Of a stretch of DNA of 35,453 nt, positions 33,576 to 35,453 are shown piece after piece. Each line of letters opens with the position of its first letter. The stretch's first letter is position 1. Location: contig JAHEJX010000032.1 of the NCBI GenBank assembly GCA_024638645.1, forward strand, positions 1 through 35,453. Reading direction: 5' to 3'. The notes beneath the pieces are model-generated. The model ran no database searches and was not told the DNA's origin. It saw only the letters and a list, made by a program, of their open reading frames with translations. Origin of the DNA: Actinomycetes bacterium (lineage in GTDB: Bacteria > Actinomycetota > Acidimicrobiia > Spongiisociales > UBA5794). A program made the translations under genes and the position numbers.

Positions 33576-33867
33576 GTCGGAGGTTGGCGGGGGGTCTTGT
33601 TGGTTCCCCCGTAGGGGCGGGATTTGCGGAGCAATCCCGTACCTAGGTTTGCTCTGCAAACTCGGCGAACTGACCGCCGGAGGCGGTTAGGAAAGTGGGG
33701 TCAGCAGGAGCGCGCCCGGTGGTCTTGCGCGTGGCTTCGCCGGGTGGTTCGGTGGTCGGGTGCGTCGGTTTGCATCGAAGGCAGTGGTTTGCTGCGGGCT
33801 GGAGTTCTCTTGGGCGGCTTACGGCGGTCGGGTAGGGAGGATTGCGGCGGTCTGGTCGGATTGCGGC

Positions 33868-34089
33868 GGTCGGGTCGTGTCTGTCTCCTCCCCCAGGAGC
33901 GTCAGCGACGTTGGGGGAGGTGCCGAGCGCAGCGAGACGGAGGGGGAGCTAGGTGCGCGCATGCAGGCCGGGACCGGCTCGGGTTTGGTCGGGTCGTGTC
34001 TGTCTCCTCCTCCAGCGAGCCCTATGCGAGCGTTGGGGGAGGTGCCGAGCGCAGCGAGGCGGAGGGGGAGCTAAGTGCGCGCACGCAGG
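33868..34089. repeat. Two tandem ~100-103-bp direct repeat units (33868-33967 and 33987-34089, ~85-90% identical) preceded by 19-bp mini-repeats (ttgcggcggtcKggtcgg x3 at 33818-33877)
   Basis: Direct comparison: ggtcgggtcgtgtctgtctcctccYcca…gttgggggaggtgccgagcgcagcgagRcggagggggagctaRgtgcgcgcaYgcagg occurs twice. Confidence 0.7.
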
Positions 34090-34145
34090 TCGGACCCGCG
34101 CCTAATCGAGTGTTTCTTGTCACACCTGTCTGTCACTATGTCTTC

Positions 34146-35288
34146 ATGCTGTCCACTACGACAATCGACATCGACCGAGTCGCTGACTCGTTCCAGACCG
34201 TCGACCAGATGGAAACCGAGCTGCAACGTCTCGAAGGCCTGATATCCCGAATCCGGGCTCGCCAGGTCGAGATCCTCGCCGCGGTCGATCACCTCCAGGT
34301 TCCGGCCTGGGACGGGTGCCGCTCCCTACCGGAATGGATCGCGGGCCGGCTCGACATGCAACCCCGCAACGCCTCTGACCTCGCGGTCCTCGCCAAGTCC
34401 GGGTCGGCGGAAATCCACGACTCGCTCCGTGCCGGAGTCGCCTCTACCGACCGGGCTGCCGGTATGGCCCGCCTCGAGAACGCCGGTGCCTCCGAGAAAG
34501 TCATGGACCGTGCCGCGGGAGTGTCCGTTGGTCAGTTGGGTCAGCTCATGGCCCGGCACCGCCGTATGAGCCCGCTCGATGAAAGCGAGGCCTTCCGGGC
34601 GCGTCGACTGTGGTTCCAACCCAACCTCGGGGGCACCCTCGCCACCGGATCGTTCGCGATGACCGGAGCCGACATGGAAGCCGTCCTCACCGCTCTCGAC
34701 AACCGCGCCGACGAGATCGTAGATCCAAGCGATGAGCACCGGCCCCGCCTCGAACAGCGCAGGATCGACGCCCTCGTTTCACTAGCTCTGGACGACCTCG
34801 CACCAGTAGCGCCCGATGGGCCGGCACCACGCCGTCTCCCCGCTCACATCTTTGTTGACGCTGCCGAATGCCACCGCACCGCAGGAGAATCCGGCGCCAC
34901 AACCCGCTCCGGAATCAAAGTCGGCCCCAACACTCTCGAAGAGATCCTCTGCGTCGGGGATACCCAAACCACCCTCATCGATGTAGACGGCTTGAAAGCT
35001 GTTCCCACCGACGGTGACCGGCTGCCGCAACGGACGCGCGACTACGTGTTCTTCCGCGACGGTGGCTGCCAAGCCGGCGGTTGCACCTCCCGCTACCGCC
35101 TGGAGCCGCACCACATCATTCACCAAGCCAACGGCGGTGACCACGACCCCGACGGGCTAGTACTGCTGTGTTGGTTCCACCACCACGTCGTCGTCCACCA
35201 ATACGGCTACACCATCGACCCCGACTCACCGGCGGGCCGAAGACGGTTCCTCGCCCCAGGAGTAACCCGGGCTCCACCCGACGAGTAA
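34146..35288 (+). CDS. DUF222 N-terminal domain + C-terminal HNH endonuclease (REP13E12-like family)
   Basis: HNH motif (…CTSRYRLEPHHIIHQANGGDHDPDGLVLLCWFHHHVVVHQYGY). The DUF222 region resembles the mycobacterial 13E12-repeat proteins. The ATG at 34146 is the first start after the repeat array. The 554-aa ORF from 33624 is a repeat-derived open frame. Confidence 0.8.
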   Translation: MLSTTTIDIDRVADSFQTVDQMETELQRLEGLISRIRARQVEILAAVDHLQVPAWDGCRSLPEWIAGRLDMQPRNASDLAVLAKSGSAEIHDSLRAGVASTDRAAGMARLENAGASEKVMDRAAGVSVGQLGQLMARHRRMSPLDESEAFRARRLWFQPNLGGTLATGSFAMTGADMEAVLTALDNRADEIVDPSDEHRPRLEQRRIDALVSLALDDLAPVAPDGPAPRRLPAHIFVDAAECHRTAGESGATTRSGIKVGPNTLEEILCVGDTQTTLIDVDGLKAVPTDGDRLPQRTRDYVFFRDGGCQAGGCTSRYRLEPHHIIHQANGGDHDPDGLVLLCWFHHHVVVHQYGYTIDPDSPAGRRRFLAPGVTRAPPDE

Positions 35289-35453
35289 GACTCGCACCCG
35301 GCGGCAACCACGCCATCTCTCCCAAGCCCCATTACATCCGGCACCAGTGCCGGCACATCGACGCGCCAGCCCGCATATTTCCACCAGGCGGGCGCATCGG
35401 CGCGTCCCTTCCGAGATCGAGCAGGTAGCGCATATTGCCGGATACCGGACTCG

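Noticed and set aside
33868-34089. CRISPR array
   Set aside because: There are only two ~100-bp units with an ~20-bp spacer. Units are imperfect and far longer than CRISPR repeats, and no cas genes are present.
33624-34145. N-terminal 174-codon extension of the HNH gene ORF
   Set aside because: This part is a translation of the tandem DNA repeats (repetitive Gly/Arg-rich peptide). The DUF222 similarity begins only after the ATG at 34146.

Overview
High-GC (about 65-70%) bacterial chromosomal window. Codon usage, leaderless and GTG starts, and the protein families present (DUF2510, DUF222-HNH, F420/LLM, ECF sigma) suggest an actinobacterium. I support about 36 protein-coding genes, two tRNA-Ser genes, one gene remnant, and several terminators, operators and repeats.

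Main content, in order:
- A tandem pair of DUF2510-type membrane proteins (239-2238).
- An arsenite oxidase locus: a divergent membrane-anchored monoheme cytochrome c, then aioB (Rieske subunit, TAT signal) and aioA (molybdopterin subunit with a CxxCxxxC 3Fe-4S motif), translationally coupled.
- A redox/stress module: PPOX-like flavoprotein, universal stress protein, cytoplasmic PAS histidine kinase and a divergent NarL/LuxR response regulator.
- pfkA and tRNA-Ser(CGA).
- An ArsR-family regulator with an SRPBCC protein, then a small hypothetical.
- A padR, nfeD-like, flotillin gene string.
- A lipoprotein coupled to a PAP2-like membrane domain fused to a Kdo/RIO-like kinase domain.
- An M29 aminopeptidase followed by a truncated aldehyde dehydrogenase remnant.
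- A secreted protein, ECF sigma factor and anti-sigma-like membrane protein.
- tRNA-Ser(GGA) divergent from tadA.
- A five-gene peptide/opine-type ABC importer on the minus strand. Its DppD-like ATPase carries a DnaJ-type (CxxCxGxG)x4 zinc-finger insertion.
- Divergent from the importer, a tightly coupled five-gene operon: 2-hydroxyacid dehydrogenase, creatininase-family amidohydrolase, cupin, Gfo/Idh/MocA oxidoreductase and LLM/F420-type oxidoreductase. The shared promoter region carries two copies of a 14-16 bp palindrome.
- Two tandem ~100-bp direct repeats with 19-bp mini-repeats upstream of a DUF222/HNH (REP13E12-like) endonuclease gene.

Candidates I rank highest for novelty:
- The ABC-importer plus catabolic-operon locus with its zinc-finger ATPase and paired operators.
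- The arsenite oxidase operon in a non-canonical regulatory context (no aioXSR; a nearby DosR-like PAS-HK/RR/Usp module).
- The repeat array in front of the HNH gene.

Many six-frame ORFs on the strand opposite real genes are high-GC artefacts and were discarded.
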